IMG/VR virus record: IMGVR_UViG_3300042466_000764
Length of the DNA stretch: 64,000 bases
Direction: 5' to 3' (one strand)
Source: an uncultured virus (IMG/VR IMGVR_UViG_3300042466_000764)
Taxonomy: Duplodnaviria; Heunggongvirae; Uroviricota; Caudoviricetes
Position numbers and translations under genes: made by a program. This document shows positions 20,417 to 28,915 of this stretch, piece after piece. Positions within the stretch are counted from its first letter, which is position 1; each line of letters opens with the position of its first letter. The notes below the pieces were generated by a model that was not told where the DNA came from, made no database searches, and saw only the letters and a list, made by a program, of their open reading frames with translations.

Positions 20417-21100
20417 ATGACTGATTTAAAGGTTTGGCTAACAATTCCTAGTGGGACAAGACGTCAATATTTAGAAGATATTATTAAAGACAGCCAGTTG
20501 CCATTAGATCAGATTGTTATTGTCCACACAGTTGAATCAGAGCCAATAGAAGGTGTTCGTAATGTTTGGGATTTAGATCCCCCTAATATCCATAGATGGT
20601 GGAACACAGGCATAGATATAGCCAGAGCAAATGGTGGGGAATATATCGCGGTATTAAACGATGACCTTATATTAAAGGATAATCCTATTAACAAGATAGT
20701 GCAAGGCATGAAAGAAGAAGGTGCAGTATTGGGTTATCCATATCCACATAGTGGCAATGGGGCTACCAAGTCAGCAGGATACTGTTGGGTGCTTGATTTA
20801 TCTTCTGGATTAAGGACAGATGAAACTTATAGGTGGTACTTTGGAGACGATGATCTATTGCTTCAAGTTTTAGGTTTGGGAAAGGCTGTGTATGTTCCAG
20901 CAGAAGTAGTGCATCTGCATGGTGTAGTAGGTACAGCACAGAGCAAATATTTGCAACAGTTAACAGTATTAGATAAAAAATATTTTATAGAAAAGTGGAC
21001 CAAAAGGTTTGTTAGAACAAATAATAAAGGTGTAATAGCAGACACTCCACAAAATAGTCTGTTGATTAAACTTGGTCTTAATAAAGGTTTGGCACATTAA
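20417..21100 (+). CDS. glycosyltransferase (GT-A fold)
   Basis: WN.G...YIAVLNDD...WYFGDDDL. Confidence 0.75.
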   Translation: MTDLKVWLTIPSGTRRQYLEDIIKDSQLPLDQIVIVHTVESEPIEGVRNVWDLDPPNIHRWWNTGIDIARANGGEYIAVLNDDLILKDNPINKIVQGMKEEGAVLGYPYPHSGNGATKSAGYCWVLDLSSGLRTDETYRWYFGDDDLLLQVLGLGKAVYVPAEVVHLHGVVGTAQSKYLQQLTVLDKKYFIEKWTKRFVRTNNKGVIADTPQNSLLIKLGLNKGLAH

Positions 21101-21102
21101 TA

Positions 21103-21660
21103 ATGGCTCATCACTCACAGTTTGTATTTTTTAAAGAAGTAAAAACATTATTCCCTAATCATTTTGTTAACACGTCTGTGGTAGAAATGGGTTCATTAAA
21201 TATCAATGGTAGTGTCAGAAGATTGTTTGATAACCCCAACAACTATGTTGGTATAGACCTTGGTGAAGGTAAAGATGTGGATGTGGTTTGTAGGGGTGAG
21301 GAGTATGATGCCCCAGATGAGTCTTTTGATGTGGCTATTAGTGCTGAATGTTTTGAACATAATCCTCAGTGGGCTGAGACCTTTGAGAACATGTATAGGT
21401 TGACCAAGAAAGGTGGTTTGGTGACCTTTACTTGTGCTTCTACTGGTAGACCTGAGCATGGTACTTCTAGAACTAAGAACTCTGATTCACCGTTTACTGA
21501 TGATTATTATAGGAACCTTACAGAGGAACACTTCAGACCATTGGTTGATAAACTTAGTTTTTATGGTGTTTATTTTGAGTATTATCGTCCTACTCGTGAT
21601 CTATATTTTTGGGGAATAAAGCGGGGTATATCAAAAGATACTCCACAACCCCTAGTATAA
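21103..21660 (+). CDS. class I SAM methyltransferase
   Basis: VEMGSLNINGS...GIDL..GKDVD...FD..IS.ECFEHNP. Confidence 0.85.
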   Translation: MAHHSQFVFFKEVKTLFPNHFVNTSVVEMGSLNINGSVRRLFDNPNNYVGIDLGEGKDVDVVCRGEEYDAPDESFDVAISAECFEHNPQWAETFENMYRLTKKGGLVTFTCASTGRPEHGTSRTKNSDSPFTDDYYRNLTEEHFRPLVDKLSFYGVYFEYYRPTRDLYFWGIKRGISKDTPQPLV

Positions 21661-22662
21661 CAAACCCTTATAGTAACAAACCTTTGTTTTGGGTAAAGGA
21701 TTCGAACCTGTATTGTCTGTTTCGGGGACAGATGTCCGACCATTAGACGAACCCAAATCTATATCCATTATACACCCTATATCCCACATACGAGGTTTGG
21801 TATACCCTGCAAAAATTAAGAATTAGGGTTTGGTATAGACTTATTCAAATAATCAATGATCTCTTTGGCTAACTCCAAAGCCTTATCTTTCTTATGCTTA
21901 CCCATCAAATGAGGAGTAATAATTCTAGCAATTTCTTCTTCCTGAGACATACTTAATACTATTATACACCAAAAAATGTTGTCTATATCTAGTGTAAAGG
22001 GTACTAGATGTGGTGGTTTGGTAGAAAATATATGTTACTGATTATATAACTAGATAGGGTTAAAGTGGAGTATTGTGGAGGGCTATGGGTAAGGGGGCGA
22101 GATTTTATGGCGGGATCGTAATGTCTGCCCAAAAAAATACACATACAAACCTTCACACCTAACAAACCTTCATATCCTTGTGTCCTGCCAAACCTTTATA
22201 TCCCCCATATCAGGGCATATTATATACCAGATGTGATGGTTTGTCAATAGAAAAAATTAAAAAAAATAAAGAAAAAGAATCAAAAGATAATCAAATGTTT
22301 TAAAAAAATAAGAAAACCAGGAGAAAAGGTTTGTTATTTATAATAGGGTTATTATGCTATGTTTTTCTTGGGCCCGCCCGATTTTTTGCGGGGATCGTAA
22401 TAAGTCGGGGTAAATTTAAAAGATGTCAAACCAATCATATGGGTAACAACAACAAAGGTATTCCAAACCTTATCTTCTGCTGCCTTTGCATCTCTAGGGT
22501 TAAACCTAAAGTATGAATCCCAATGATGTCCCATATACTTATTATACTCCAATGTTAGGATACAAAGGTTTGGGAGACAAAGGTTTGGTATCGTAATAAC
22601 ATTCAGGGGGGAAGGGAGAGTGGCGTTCTTAATGTCTTTAAGATATAAAGGTTTGCTCGGGC
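21661..22662. repeat. cluster of CAAACC(TT)/(AA)GGTTTG motifs in largely non-coding DNA
   Basis: 14 copies counted by eye, both orientations. Confidence 0.7.
21687..21757 (-). tRNA. tRNA-Arg(CCG), atypical
   Basis: Cloverleaf TTTGGGT/ACCCAAA, D GTCT/GGAC, anticodon arm TCTGT-CCCCGAA-ACAGA, T-loop TTCGAAT; C33 and a T-stem mismatch; no CCA. Confidence 0.7.
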
Positions 22663-23013
22663 TTACTTGCCTAATTGTCTAAACAATATCCACAGCACAG
22701 TAACCAACATGCCAAAGTATCCTAGTGTAAACCAGGCAAGCGTTTGATCAAAGTCAAGGTTCATCAGTCATGCCATCCTGGTGGTGGTGGAACTTCATCT
22801 TTACCCATTTGTCTCCAGGCACCATAAGTGTATCCTATTAGAAACACTGCCACAGTGTAGACGATTCCCATTGCTAAGTAGTCTCCCCAATATAACATTA
22901 CCAGTTCCTCCTGTTGATATGCTTACCTTTGTTTGTGTAGTCTAAGATCGTTACCGTCGCGGCAAAGAGAATAAGACATCCTGCTATTACTGCAAGAATA
23001 GTATTTAGTAAGG

Positions 23014-23319
23014 TCATGATGATACCCTACTGAATGCTTCAATAATTTTTAATGCACGATCAAGATGGCACTGCTCCACATCAAAATCCCAATACTCCAT
23101 AGACTGGTCGTGTACATATCTTTGTACATCCATCCATGCTGTTTCACCATAGAATATTTTTTGTGGTGCCTTGTTACCATACCTTGATTCCTGTACACGA
23201 AAGTAAGCATACGGTTCATCGTTAGTACCTAATACAACTATACTGTGTTTACCCTCAGAATCAGTCTTACTGTATATCTCATTCCAGGTGTAGTCTTTAA
23301 TGCTTGGTCTCTTAGACAT
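23014..23319 (-). CDS. hypothetical protein
   Basis: Early-region ORF, coupled start/stop. Confidence 0.6.
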   Translation of the reverse strand: MSKRPSIKDYTWNEIYSKTDSEGKHSIVVLGTNDEPYAYFRVQESRYGNKAPQKIFYGETAWMDVQRYVHDQSMEYWDFDVEQCHLDRALKIIEAFSRVSS

Positions 23320-23612
23320 TATTCGTGTAACTCATCTCTTAATTCAAATAAGTCATCTAGGCCATCAACTTCTACATCTGATGAATCTAACTCCATTGCT
23401 TCGCATAACAAATCAAAAGTTTCGTTGATATAAGTTTCTGCAATAGGTGTTGAAGCAACTATGTTAGAGTTAATCATGAAAGCAAGTGGTAACCCTAAAT
23501 CATTGTACTCAAAAAACTCAGCAAACTCTGGGTCACCTTTAAAATCATTCCATAAATCATGCAAAACAATGCATCTATTTTCATATGGTGTTTTATATTC
23601 TGTCATCGTCAT
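23319..23612 (-). CDS. hypothetical acidic protein
   Basis: F..F.EYNDLGLPLA motif; coupled ORF. Confidence 0.65.
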   Translation of the reverse strand: MTMTEYKTPYENRCIVLHDLWNDFKGDPEFAEFFEYNDLGLPLAFMINSNIVASTPIAETYINETFDLLCEAMELDSSDVEVDGLDDLFELRDELHE

Positions 23613-23838
23613 TCTCCGTTTCCCAATCGTTATCTGATTCTACACCATGAGCATAGTGCTGGTCAAGGTGGTCTAGTTGTTGTTCCATATATTCAGTTAT
23701 TTCTGTCATGCGTTCTTGTATCTGCATTGGCTGTTGCAAAGCAATATAACTGCCAATCATTTTTAGGTTAAGTCGCATATCAGATAATAAACTACTTATC
23801 TTTGTTGCGACTTTCTCCTCTATCGTTAGTTTTTTCAT
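23593..23838 (-). CDS. hypothetical protein
   Basis: AAAGGA RBS and a TTGACT...TACCAT promoter upstream. Confidence 0.65.
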   Translation of the reverse strand: MKKLTIEEKVATKISSLLSDMRLNLKMIGSYIALQQPMQIQERMTEITEYMEQQLDHLDQHYAHGVESDNDWETENDDDRI

Positions 23839-23958
23839 AGTTGTCCTTTAATGGTATCAGTTTTTGGTTGTGGAGTCAAGTTACCCAGACCTGACCCCAC
23901 GGATTCAATAATCGCAGGGGAAAAGGTCCCACGATCATTCTCATATAAAACTATCCTA

Positions 23959-24450
23959 TTAGTCTCTGTCTGGGTCCAAGCAGACTACAATATCTAGCAT
24001 GTCATCATATGGCACCTCAGTGATAAAGTATCCTATTCTATTTACCATGGCCCAACCGTTAATGATAATGGTTTCCCCATCTTCACCATCGACTAGTGTC
24101 CAGATCTTGTTAGGATTCTCTGCTCCTGCTGCAGCCACGCTGTCATACTCAGCACCGTAGGTTTCAAACATTAGACCTCCAGAGCCATCGTTAAATGAAG
24201 CATTCTCATCTAAATGATTCTTAATTGGTTTAAAGTGGTGCTCCCACTCTTCCATAGTAAGCATCACTAATCCATAGTTAGGTGAGTCTGGATTAATATC
24301 TGGATCTAGGCAACTACATAGTTCGTTACCACAGAAGTCACAACCGTCTAAGAAACTACACTCATCACATGGTTCTATGACAGTATCACTCATTGCCATC
24401 ATCCTCGTAAACAAAGTGAACTGTGCATTCGTCCATTGCACCATCTGCAT
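23959..24450 (-). CDS. hypothetical protein (true start probably near 24393)
   Basis: Cys-rich N-terminus; FETYG.E...IWTL.DG...GW..VNRIGYFITE. Confidence 0.65.
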   Translation of the reverse strand: MQMVQWTNAQFTLFTRMMAMSDTVIEPCDECSFLDGCDFCGNELCSCLDPDINPDSPNYGLVMLTMEEWEHHFKPIKNHLDENASFNDGSGGLMFETYGAEYDSVAAAGAENPNKIWTLVDGEDGETIIINGWAMVNRIGYFITEVPYDDMLDIVVCLDPDRD

Positions 24451-24634
24451 ATTGAATATGTTCTAAGTAATTCATATCCATATGGTCTTGAAGTGCTTGC
24501 TCTAATGCGTCAGTGTCTTCAAAGTCAGTCATGTCTTCAAACTCTGGATAAATATCCTGAATCTCTTCAGCAGACAAAACTACAGTAGACCACATCTGAA
24601 CGTTTAGTTCTACACTATCTATATACTTAGCCAT
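24386..24634 (-). CDS. hypothetical acidic protein
   Basis: Coupled ORF. Confidence 0.6.
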   Translation of the reverse strand: MAKYIDSVELNVQMWSTVVLSAEEIQDIYPEFEDMTDFEDTDALEQALQDHMDMNYLEHIQYADGAMDECTVHFVYEDDGNE

Positions 24635-24896
24635 TTGTTCTCTTCTCCCAATTTAGTCTGTGCCATTGAATATCATACAGCAAGTTAGACACTTCCACAA
24701 GTGCGTCCATTCTTGCACACATGACATCCAATTCTTCTTTTGTCCAAGTAGGCAAATCCATTTGCCATGATAGGTCAGCAAGAAGAATCTTTAATCTACC
24801 TGATAGTATTTCATCAGTAGGTATATTGTATTTAAAGAATGCGTGTAACTGTGCAATATCTTTATCTTGTGTTTCTTCTACCATGCTGGTGTCCAA
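24627..24896 (-). CDS. hypothetical protein
   Basis: Coupled ORF. Confidence 0.55.
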   Translation of the reverse strand: MDTSMVEETQDKDIAQLHAFFKYNIPTDEILSGRLKILLADLSWQMDLPTWTKEELDVMCARMDALVEVSNLLYDIQWHRLNWEKRTNG

Positions 24897-25150
24897 CCAC
24901 TAGGAGGTTCTGGAGTTGTCTTGCCATTGTAAGCGTCTTGCATTGCTTTGTAAGTAGTTTCATTTACTTGAGGTGCGTCTAAGTCAATTGGAATCCAATG
25001 ACTGTCTACTTCACCCTCTACTATCTTACAACCCTCTGGCATAGGCTCTTCACCTGAACTCCAATAGGCGTCATAGGCTTTCTCTGCTGTTTCTAAATCA
25101 GGTGCAACGATATGGTACCAAGTACCTGATAATACATCAAACGTTGGCAT
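24878..25150 (-). CDS. hypothetical protein
   Basis: Coupled ORF. Confidence 0.6.
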   Translation of the reverse strand: MPTFDVLSGTWYHIVAPDLETAEKAYDAYWSSGEEPMPEGCKIVEGEVDSHWIPIDLDAPQVNETTYKAMQDAYNGKTTPEPPSGWTPAW

Positions 25151-25383
25151 TAGGAACCTACCTTACTTGTTTGATTATTTAATTGATTATAGTCATTAAC
25201 TACTATTTCTGAAATATCCATAATGCTTTTAATATATCCTTTATAAAATTCTTGCTTTAACAATCTCTCAAAATCACCTTGCATATCTCCAGTAACAACT
25301 GCTTGACTATCTAGTTTTTGTAAATCAGTACTGGTTTTATCTATAATTTTTTGCAACTTGGCTATTATAGTTTGATGAGACAT
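25150..25383 (-). CDS. hypothetical protein
   Basis: AAGGA RBS. Confidence 0.6.
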   Translation of the reverse strand: MSHQTIIAKLQKIIDKTSTDLQKLDSQAVVTGDMQGDFERLLKQEFYKGYIKSIMDISEIVVNDYNQLNNQTSKVGS

Positions 25384-25814
25384 TTTATTCCTTTTCCATA
25401 ATCATATAGGCTAGTACTTCTAGACTATTACAATTAACACAATCACAGTTTACTATGTGACCCTCTACGTTGTCAAGCATATTTGTAAGTATTTTTTCAA
25501 TGGGGGTATCTAGATCAAAATCCATAGTGACCCTCTCTAACATAATAAGAATAAGCCTGAGCAAATCTATTCCATTGTCTCACATTGTCACAGTTATTAC
25601 AATAGAACAAACCTGGAACATCTGAACATTCCCAATTACATTCTTGACATTTTGTCATGTTACTCCTTTTCCTAATATCAGTCTAGCATTTTGGGAGGGG
25701 TTTGTCAACGTTACGTAATCAAATTTACAAATGATATTTTTAGCCGAGGGGGATCCATTAACTTTTACGTAATGATCTTTTAAAATGATATTTTTGCTCG
25801 GGCGTTTTTCTTTG

Positions 25815-25888
25815 CGACTCTGAACGGACTTGAACCGTCGACCTCCACCGTGACAGGGTGGCGTTCTAACCAACTGAACTACAGAGCC
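25815..25888 (-). tRNA. tRNA-Asp(GTC)
   Basis: GGCTCTGTAGTTCAGTTGGTTAGAACGCCACCCTGTCACGGTGGAGGTCGACGGTTCAAGTCCGTTCAGAGTCG forms a canonical cloverleaf. Confidence 0.95.
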
Positions 25889-25892
25889 AGGT

Positions 25893-25920
25893 GGACAGTT
25901 TCCTCAGACATGTCCAGGTC
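25893..25920 (-). ncRNA. H-type pseudoknot motif, copy 2 (4 nt upstream of tRNA-Asp)
   Basis: GACCTGGACATGTCTGAGGAAACTGTCC. Confidence 0.65.
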
Positions 25921-25946
25921 AGTTGTCTTTTATTGACAATTTTTAA

Positions 25947-26963
25947 CTATGCAATTTGCATTACATCTTGCACAACTTTTAGCAAACGATTCTTTTCTGC
26001 GTTGATAGCAGGGTCAAATCCACTTGCACCAATTAGCATGTTCTCTGTGTTTTCACCACGAGCAGAACGATACCAATCTAGTCTTTCTGTCAGGGCATTG
26101 AAAGCACCCCAAGCAGTACCAGCAATCATGTTATTGAACTCGCCAGTATAAATGTCATTGAGTGAATCTATTTTATTAGTCCACTTAGTAACACTTGCCT
26201 TTTTATCCAATTCTGGTTTTGGATAAGCAGTTAGCAAAATATCGTTAAATTGTTTTGCTGTAACTTCTTGAGCAATCATAGCATGAGCCATTGTATCAAA
26301 TGCGTCCATGTATTTATTTGCAAGACCTAGAGTCTCTCTTGCAATTTGCACTTTACCATTAGCAGTTTGAGTGTGACGAATCTTGAATGATTGTTTGATA
26401 CCATTCTTTTTGCGAATACCACCTAGTGCAAGGTTTAGTGTGTTAGCACACACAACACGCACAGGAGTAATGCTCGCTTGAATCGCTACTGAACCATCAT
26501 GGCTTGTGTTGATTAGTAAGTAAGTCTTTACTTTATCTGCCACGCCATTAGGGTCTAAGATAGTTTCACGCTCTAATGCTAATGAGCCAAATACTACACG
26601 ACCACCACGAATTGAACCAGCAGTTTCCCAACGTCCACCACCATCAAGAATGTTATCACCAAATGAGAATAAGTCCTCATTTTGTAGTGGAACATATCTT
26701 TCACCAACTACGCCTAGCACGTCTGTCTGGGTTTGGTTAGTAGGGTTTGTTCTAACCACATAAGAATAATTCTTATCACAACTTAAGTGATTAGGGATAT
26801 TCATTTCTTCTAGTCTAACATTCCAGTTATCTAGGTTTGCTGCTTGCAACATTTCTGTTGTGTTTTTTTCTTCTGTGAATACAGTACCTAGTCCATGCCA
26901 TGCTGGTTCACGGAATGAAGCGAATGACGCTGTGCCATTTTGTTCTTCTAGTTCATGTGCCAT
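25947..26963 (-). CDS. DUF932-family phage/plasmid protein
   Basis: MAHEL...REPAWHGLG...Y.PLQN...ETAGS..GG...SHDGS...TPVRVVCANTL...HT. Confidence 0.9.
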   Translation of the reverse strand: MAHELEEQNGTASFASFREPAWHGLGTVFTEEKNTTEMLQAANLDNWNVRLEEMNIPNHLSCDKNYSYVVRTNPTNQTQTDVLGVVGERYVPLQNEDLFSFGDNILDGGGRWETAGSIRGGRVVFGSLALERETILDPNGVADKVKTYLLINTSHDGSVAIQASITPVRVVCANTLNLALGGIRKKNGIKQSFKIRHTQTANGKVQIARETLGLANKYMDAFDTMAHAMIAQEVTAKQFNDILLTAYPKPELDKKASVTKWTNKIDSLNDIYTGEFNNMIAGTAWGAFNALTERLDWYRSARGENTENMLIGASGFDPAINAEKNRLLKVVQDVMQIA

Positions 26964-26994
26964 TTATATCTCCTTATTTTGTTTGATTAACTTA

Positions 26995-27082
26995 ACTATA
27001 GCATTTTGCTCTGACAATGTCAACTAGGGGGGGGTCCTGGGTGTCATCGTAAATTAACAGGTTATCCACAGGCTGCTCGGGC
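26995..27082 (-). promoter_or_regulatory. tripartite element plus TGTCAG-N10-TATAGT promoter, containing a DnaA box
   Basis: GCTCGGGC 27075, TTATCCACA 27062, CGTAA 27048, G8 27027, CTGACA 27011. Confidence 0.7.
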
Positions 27083-27087
27083 GTGAG

Positions 27088-27115
27088 GGCCAGTTTTAAA
27101 ACGTGGCCAGGTTTT
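27088..27115 (-). ncRNA. H-type pseudoknot motif, copy 3
   Basis: AAAACCTGGCCACGTTTTAAAACTGGCC. Confidence 0.65.
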
Positions 27116-27237
27116 TTGATATCCCCTATCAAATCGATCGACGGTACCGCTGAATTCTAAGATCCTCGCTGCTTTGGATGAGGGTTGGAACCTAGGTGAT
27201 TACACAGTTCAAACCAACCCCCACCACATCTAATTAA

Positions 27238-27420
27238 CTAAGCAGTCACTTTAACTGTTAGCAATCTGTATTCGTTGAATGGTGTACGAATAGCAACACG
27301 AGTTAAGTCAGGACGAATAGGAGTAATTTTTTCAATTTGTCCAACTACGCCTGCTTTGTTGCTTGTGTACCAATCGCCTATCTTGTACATTCTTGCTTTT
27401 GGTTTTGTTGCTTTTTTCAT
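27238..27420 (-). CDS. small SH3/KOW-like protein
   Basis: YKIGD...G.I..I pattern shared with 28528..28695; start after AAAGGAAAAG. Confidence 0.55.
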   Translation of the reverse strand: MKKATKPKARMYKIGDWYTSNKAGVVGQIEKITPIRPDLTRVAIRTPFNEYRLLTVKVTA

Positions 27421-27449
27421 TCTTTTCCTTTTGTTGTAGGGGTATTGCA

Positions 27450-27890
27450 TTACCAACTAGACTGATACTTAAGTTCCCAGTCTGCTGGTACATCTTTTAG
27501 TATTGACTCAAGTTGGTCAATAGTGTCTTGAATATCTGAAAAATAGTATTCGTTATATTCATAGTTACCAAAGAAAAAACCCTCTTGTACAGGTAGCAAG
27601 TCTTTAGCACTATCTTTATCTAACATTATTATTTTGCAAGTATCTAACAATAACTGTAGTTGGTCTCGTGACACATAGTACTCTTCGCAGTTGTCTACTC
27701 CACCTTGAACATGCTTTACGAACCATGCGTGAATCTGGTTTGCTTTTCTCCAGTAGGCTACCTGCACTTCTAGCGTTGCAAAATCTTTAACGGCAAAAGG
27801 TGCTTCTTGAACTAGTTTGTTAAATAGTTCAGGCTTAGCATATTGTCTAGCAGTAAACTGTCTAGCATTCAAGTACATATCTAATCCCAT
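27450..27890 (-). CDS. conserved phage hypothetical protein
   Basis: MGLDMYL...YWRKANQIH.WF...LLP..EGFFFG...Y.SSW. Confidence 0.75.
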   Translation of the reverse strand: MGLDMYLNARQFTARQYAKPELFNKLVQEAPFAVKDFATLEVQVAYWRKANQIHAWFVKHVQGGVDNCEEYYVSRDQLQLLLDTCKIIMLDKDSAKDLLPVQEGFFFGNYEYNEYYFSDIQDTIDQLESILKDVPADWELKYQSSW

Positions 27891-27917
27891 TTATTTTCCT
27901 TAAGTAGTAGGGTGTGT

Positions 27918-27944
27918 GAGCAGTTTATCAACATGCTCAGGTTG
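27918..27944 (-). ncRNA. H-type pseudoknot motif, copy 4
   Basis: CAACCTGAGCATGTTGATAAACTGCTC. Confidence 0.65.
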
Positions 27945-27999
27945 TCTTGGCTACCAAGTGTATGGAACTAATATCCATGTATTTGGTTCTTGCCAAAAT

Positions 28000-28455
28000 C
28001 TATAAGTAGCGACTCACAGATTGGTAGGTAGAGGTTGAAACTACTTCCTCATCTGACATGCTAAGAACACGAATTGCATTTTGTATTTCTGCAAGTCTGT
28101 CCTCAAAACCACCAATATAGTTGCGACCATATCCTTGTGATTGGAAAGGATTTTTTGGTGCTTCTGGTTCTGCTGGTAGTTTGTCTTTAGGGATTTCAAC
28201 TTCAACATCAACTCTGATATTGTCGTCATTGTGCCAAGCATTTCTAACACAAATAGTCTTTTGCTTATCTTTTACTGAGTCAAGATGAGCATAGGCAATC
28301 TGGGCTACTTTGTTTTTCCAATCACTATAATCTGACTCATGCTTACTTACCAATAAGTCATAGTTCATTTGTGCATTTTGCATTTCTTGAACTTTTACTT
28401 CTAATGCTTTGATAACCTTAGTTCTGGCTACCTTTACATTTATTGCTTTTGCCAT
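28000..28455 (-). CDS. hypothetical protein
   Basis: Start after the AAAGGAAAAG RBS. Confidence 0.7.
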   Translation of the reverse strand: MAKAINVKVARTKVIKALEVKVQEMQNAQMNYDLLVSKHESDYSDWKNKVAQIAYAHLDSVKDKQKTICVRNAWHNDDNIRVDVEVEIPKDKLPAEPEAPKNPFQSQGYGRNYIGGFEDRLAEIQNAIRVLSMSDEEVVSTSTYQSVSRYL

Positions 28456-28527
28456 TTTTCTTTTCCTTTGTTTTGTAGGGGGATACTGATAATGAAAGGG
28501 GACAGGGTTGCCCCCTCTCAATTTTAT

Positions 28528-28695
28528 TTATTTCTTTGCTGTCCAAGTAGTATATCGTGTTTGACCATTAACATCAAGTTTTACACGAATATTGCCATTT
28601 GGTTGTGGAATTAACTCTGTGATAATTCCTTCTGCTTTTGACTTTTGTGTAACGAACTTGTCGCCCACCTTAAAATCTGCAACTGCTACTGACAT
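28528..28695 (-). CDS. small SH3/KOW-like protein (not in the ORF track)
   Basis: MSVAVADFKVGDKFVTQKSKAEGIITELIPQPNGNIRVKLDVNGQTRYTTWTAKK with an AAGGAG RBS. Confidence 0.7.
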   Translation of the reverse strand: MSVAVADFKVGDKFVTQKSKAEGIITELIPQPNGNIRVKLDVNGQTRYTTWTAKK

Positions 28696-28773
28696 ATTTT
28701 CTCCTTAATTGTTGTTGTATCTAATACTAACATTTTTATCTGACATTTGCAAGTGATATTTTGATATTTTTTT

Positions 28774-28789
28774 TGTGATACATCTCACA
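28774..28789. promoter_or_regulatory. CRP/GlxR-type box
   Basis: TGTGA-TACATC-TCACA, a perfect consensus match upstream of a minus-strand promoter. Confidence 0.65.
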
Positions 28790-28915
28790 CAGGGGGGGGT
28801 TGACAAGCACCTTAATAATGTGATAGGATACGCCTTTGCTGCTCGGGCAGCCCTTTAGCAGATCACTGAATTAAGAATAACCAAAACAATAAGAATGCAA
28901 AAAAATAAATTGGTC

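Noticed and set aside
22331..22552. Two short overlapping ORFs in the CAAACC tract
   Set aside because: No convincing RBS or protein features; the region looks regulatory, although the minus-strand ORF cannot be fully excluded
25655..25873. 72-aa ORF
   Set aside because: Overlaps tRNA-Asp and regulatory elements
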